Below the pieces are notes generated by a model. The model worked only from the letters and a program-made list of their open reading frames with translations. It ran no database searches and was not told where the DNA came from. Shown piece after piece: positions 16,985-19,986 of a DNA stretch of 19,986 nt. The stretch is from a bacterium. GTDB lineage: Bacteria; Methylomirabilota; Methylomirabilia; CAVQYV01. The stretch lies in the NCBI GenBank assembly GCA_043800755.1, contig JAZDMQ010000015.1, positions 1-19,986 on the forward strand, written 5' to 3'. Position numbers and translations under genes: made by a program. The stretch's first letter is position 1. The number at the start of each line of letters is the position of its first letter.

Positions 16985-17385
16985 TGGCCGGCCATTTTTC
17001 TCGGGTCTATGCCCTGGTCGCCGCCATCCCCTCGGGCCAGGTGGCGACTTATGGTCAGATTGCCTCCCTGTTGGGAGATCCGCGGGGAGCGAGGACGGTG
17101 GGCTGGGCCCTGCACAGCAATCCCTATCCCGGGGTGGTGCCTTGCCACCGGGTGGTCAATAAGAGGGGCGAATTGAGCGGCGGGTTCGCCTTTGGAGGCC
17201 CGGAGGTACAGCGTTCTTTGTTGGAGCAAGAGGGGATCTCCTTTCTGCCCGACGGAAGGGTAGACCTGGAAAGGCATCTCTGGCAGCCAGGCAGGAGAGA
17301 TGCCACCCTCATGGAGACCCTCCTTGGCCAGCGGGTCGCACCGGTCCATCGCCAGCGGGTCGGGACCTGGCCGCGGTCAATCTGA
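16984..17385 (+). CDS. MGMT / alkyltransferase-like (ATL) family protein
   Basis: IPSGQVATYGQIA, ARTVGWAL, VPCHRVVN and QRSLLEQEGI...GRVDL. Confidence 0.92.
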   Translation: MAGHFSRVYALVAAIPSGQVATYGQIASLLGDPRGARTVGWALHSNPYPGVVPCHRVVNKRGELSGGFAFGGPEVQRSLLEQEGISFLPDGRVDLERHLWQPGRRDATLMETLLGQRVAPVHRQRVGTWPRSI

Positions 17386-17543
17386 AGACCCTGCGGCACT
17401 CGAGGGAGAGAGCGAGCTTTCCGGGCGAGGGCCATGTCCGGCGAGATGAGAAATCTCTATAAGCGAATGGATGTCTTCCGCAGAGGGGAAGGAAGCGACC
17501 CTGAGAGAGATTGAGCACCAATCCGTAAGAGGAGGAAGAACGC

Positions 17544-18974
17544 ATGGAGGTCAGACCGAGTGCCAGCTATAGCCTTACGATGAGATTGGAGATCCTCAAC
17601 CAGCCGGGGATGTTGGGCAAGACCACCACGGCCATTGGGGAGGCAGGGGGGGATATCCGCGCCGTCGATATCGCCGGCTTCACCAAGGGGACCATCATCC
17701 GCGACATCACCGTCAACGCCCGGGATGATAGGCATGGTCGGGAGATTGTGGAGCATGTGAAGAAGGTGGCGGGGATTCATGTGGTCAGCGTCTCCGATCG
17801 CACCTTCCTCCTGCATCTGGGAGGAAAGATCGAGGTGGTCAACAAGACGCCCTTGAAGACCCGGGATGATCTCTCCATGGCCTACACCCCAGGCGTGGCC
17901 AGGGTGTGCATGGCGATCCACGAGGATCCGAAAAGGGCCTTCTCCCTCACCATCAAGAAGAATATGGTGGCGGTGGTGAGCGATGGGACCGCAGTCCTGG
18001 GATTGGGGGATATTGGGCCGGAGGCGGCCATGCCGGTCATGGAAGGCAAGGCGATGCTTTTCAAGGAGTTCGGTGAGGTAGACGCCTTCCCCATCTGCCT
18101 GGCTACCAAGGATGTGGATGCAATCGTAAATACGGTCAAGTACATGGCGCCCACCTTCGGCGGGATCAACCTGGAGGACATCTCTGCCCCGCGCTGCTTT
18201 GAGATCGAGGAGCGTCTAAAGAAGGAGATCGACATCCCGGTGTTCCATGACGATCAGCATGGCACGGCGGTGGTGGTGCTGGCCGCCCTCATCAACGCCC
18301 TCAAGATCGTCAAGAAAGAGTTCTCCGACCTGAAGGTGGTCGTCTCCGGGGTAGGGGCCTCCGGGGTGGCCTGCAGCAAGATCCTGATGTCCGTGGGGGT
18401 GAAGAACCTCATCGGGATCGATCGCGCAGGGGCCATTTACAAGGGCCGCAAAGAGAACATGAACTTCATCAAGGAATGGTATGCGGAGCATAGCAATCCC
18501 CAGGGCCTCAAGGGGAGCCTCATGGATGTCATCGAGGGGGCAGACCTCTTTTTGGGCTTGTCCGGGGCAGGGCTCTTCCCGGTAGCGGCTCTAAAGAAGA
18601 TGGGCCGGGATCCCATCGTCTTTGCCATGGCCAATCCCACCCCTGAGATCATGCCGGAGGAGGCAGAGCCCTATGTGAAGGTCATGGCCACCGGCCGCTC
18701 GGATTACCCGAATCAGATCAACAATGTCCTCTGTTTCCCCGGGCTGTTCCGGGGCGTCCTCGATTGTCGGGCCCGGGAGATCAACGAGGAGATGAAGATC
18801 GCTTCGGCCAAGGCCATCGCCTCAGTGGTGGGCAAGAATGAGTTGAGCCCTGATTATATCATCCCATCGGTCTTCCACAAGAAAGTGGCCAAGGTGGTGG
18901 CCTCGGAGGTAGCCAAGGCGGCCTATAAGACGGGGGTCGCCCGGAGACAGAAGAAGTTCATCTCCCTGTATTAG
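17544..18974 (+). CDS. NAD(P)-dependent malic enzyme with N-terminal ACT domain
   Basis: ACT-like N-terminus (NQPGMLGK), LSMAYTPGVA, DGTAVLGLGDIGP, INLEDI, FHDDQHGTA, FAMANPTPEI and ATGRSDYPNQINNVLCFPG. SD gaggagg upstream. Confidence 0.95.
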   Translation: MEVRPSASYSLTMRLEILNQPGMLGKTTTAIGEAGGDIRAVDIAGFTKGTIIRDITVNARDDRHGREIVEHVKKVAGIHVVSVSDRTFLLHLGGKIEVVNKTPLKTRDDLSMAYTPGVARVCMAIHEDPKRAFSLTIKKNMVAVVSDGTAVLGLGDIGPEAAMPVMEGKAMLFKEFGEVDAFPICLATKDVDAIVNTVKYMAPTFGGINLEDISAPRCFEIEERLKKEIDIPVFHDDQHGTAVVVLAALINALKIVKKEFSDLKVVVSGVGASGVACSKILMSVGVKNLIGIDRAGAIYKGRKENMNFIKEWYAEHSNPQGLKGSLMDVIEGADLFLGLSGAGLFPVAALKKMGRDPIVFAMANPTPEIMPEEAEPYVKVMATGRSDYPNQINNVLCFPGLFRGVLDCRAREINEEMKIASAKAIASVVGKNELSPDYIIPSVFHKKVAKVVASEVAKAAYKTGVARRQKKFISLY

Positions 18975-19063
18975 ATCTGACCTGCATTCCAACCCGATCC
19001 ATGAAAGGTGGGAATGGACAAGAAGATGGACAAGGGAAACGGTCCCGCCGCCGCTGAGAGGTC

Positions 19064-19986
19064 ATGAGCGGGAGGCGGTCCCTCAAGAGACAGGGCCGTT
19101 CGGGTCGGAGGATTGCCCTCAGCCTCCTTTTGTCGGGCGCCCTCCTGACGGCCCTCGTCTTTTTCCTCTCCCGGGCCCATCTCTTTCCCTTCCCTCCGGC
19201 AGAGAAGGTGATCCTCGGTGAGCTGAAGAGGGGGGAGTCCCTCTCTACTTCCCTCCAATCGCAGGGACTCTCCCCCGCTCTCATCACCTCTATCATTCAG
19301 ACCCTCCAACCCCTGTTCGACTTTCGGAGGAGCCAGCCTGAGGATCGGTATCGGCTGGTGCTGGATGGGAGGGGTGAAATCCGGGGCTTCACCTACCAGG
19401 TGGGCCTCCTGGACTCCTACGAGATCAGGAGGGTGGAGGGGCGGCTCCAGGCGCAGAGGAGGACCGCCTCCCTCGAGGGCCGGAGGGTCCTCGTCGAAGG
19501 CACAGTGGAGGCCTCGCTCTTTGAGGCCCTGGAGGACCTGGGCGAGCAGGCTTCTCTGGTGATGGACTTTGCCACGATCTTCCTCTGGGACATCGACTTC
19601 AACACTGATCTGCGGGGCGGGGATCGGTTTCGGATGGTGGTGGAGAAGTTCTATCTGGGGGACCAATTCGTCAAATATGGGCGGATCCTCATCGCCCAAT
19701 ATGAGAATCAGGGGCGAATCTTCACCGGGATTCATTTCAAGGACAGCAAGGGCAATGAGGGCTATTTCACCCCGGAGGGGAGATCGGTGAAGAAGGCCAT
19801 GCTTCGCTCCCCCCTGGAGTTCAATCGCATCAGCTCCCGGTTCACCCGGTCCCGTCTGCATCCCATCCTGGGAGGATATCGGCCGCATCTGGCCGTGGAT
19901 TATTCGGCCCCTCAGGGGACCCCGGTCTGGGCAGTGGCCGATGGATCGGTCGCCTCCTGTGGATGGTCGAGAGGAAATGGCAATTG
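19064..19986 (+). CDS. M23 family peptidoglycan DD-endopeptidase (MepM/Csd3-like), 3'-truncated by the window edge
   Basis: Absent from the ORF track because it has no stop. Manual translation gives MSGRRSLKRQGRSGRRIALSLLLSGALLTALVFFL (TM)...IFLWDIDFNTDLRGGDRF...GYFTPEGRSVKKAMLRSPLEFNRISSRF...HPILGGYRPHLAVDYSAPQGTPVWAVADG, with an HxxxD zinc motif. Confidence 0.93.
   Translation, partial: MSGRRSLKRQGRSGRRIALSLLLSGALLTALVFFLSRAHLFPFPPAEKVILGELKRGESLSTSLQSQGLSPALITSIIQTLQPLFDFRRSQPEDRYRLVLDGRGEIRGFTYQVGLLDSYEIRRVEGRLQAQRRTASLEGRRVLVEGTVEASLFEALEDLGEQASLVMDFATIFLWDIDFNTDLRGGDRFRMVVEKFYLGDQFVKYGRILIAQYENQGRIFTGIHFKDSKGNEGYFTPEGRSVKKAMLRSPLEFNRISSRFTRSRLHPILGGYRPHLAVDYSAPQGTPVWAVADGSVASCGWSRGNGN

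Noticed and set aside
19014..19034. Short direct repeat ATGGACAAG x2 (also GCCAGCGGGTCG x2 near 17327-17362)
   Set aside because: Too short, with no associated element. Likely chance or slippage.
18971..19888. 305-aa minus-strand ORF
   Set aside because: Shadow of the plus-strand M23 peptidase.

Overview
GC-rich bacterial chromosome segment. Gene content and order suggest a deltaproteobacterial-type or related lineage (inference only). Two housekeeping blocks flank a small accessory cell-surface locus. The left block (+) is a 5'-truncated coiled-coil/LysM protein with a 114-bp tandem repeat, then phoH, a 7TM-HD hydrolase, ybeY, a dgkA-PAP2 fusion, era and recO. The right block is ileS-lspA-lgt-rluD (+), a convergent proC-yggT-divIVA-DUF167 operon (-), then a hypothetical gene, an MGMT/ATL-family gene, an ACT-fused malic enzyme and a 3'-truncated M23 peptidase (+). 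Between them (6472-9000, minus strand) are three tandem paralogous secreted fibronectin type III genes: two carry a C-terminal GGCFIATxAYGS (CFI-box-CTERM) domain and one is truncated. The first copy is preceded by a canonical c-di-GMP-I (GEMM-I) riboswitch, a consensus sigma54 promoter and candidate enhancer palindromes. The leader of the second copy is an ungapped, diverged homologue of that riboswitch leader in which both ligand-specificity positions differ, so it is either a decaying or a re-specified aptamer. This is the most interesting signal in the window. No tRNA, rRNA, CRISPR array or transposase was seen.
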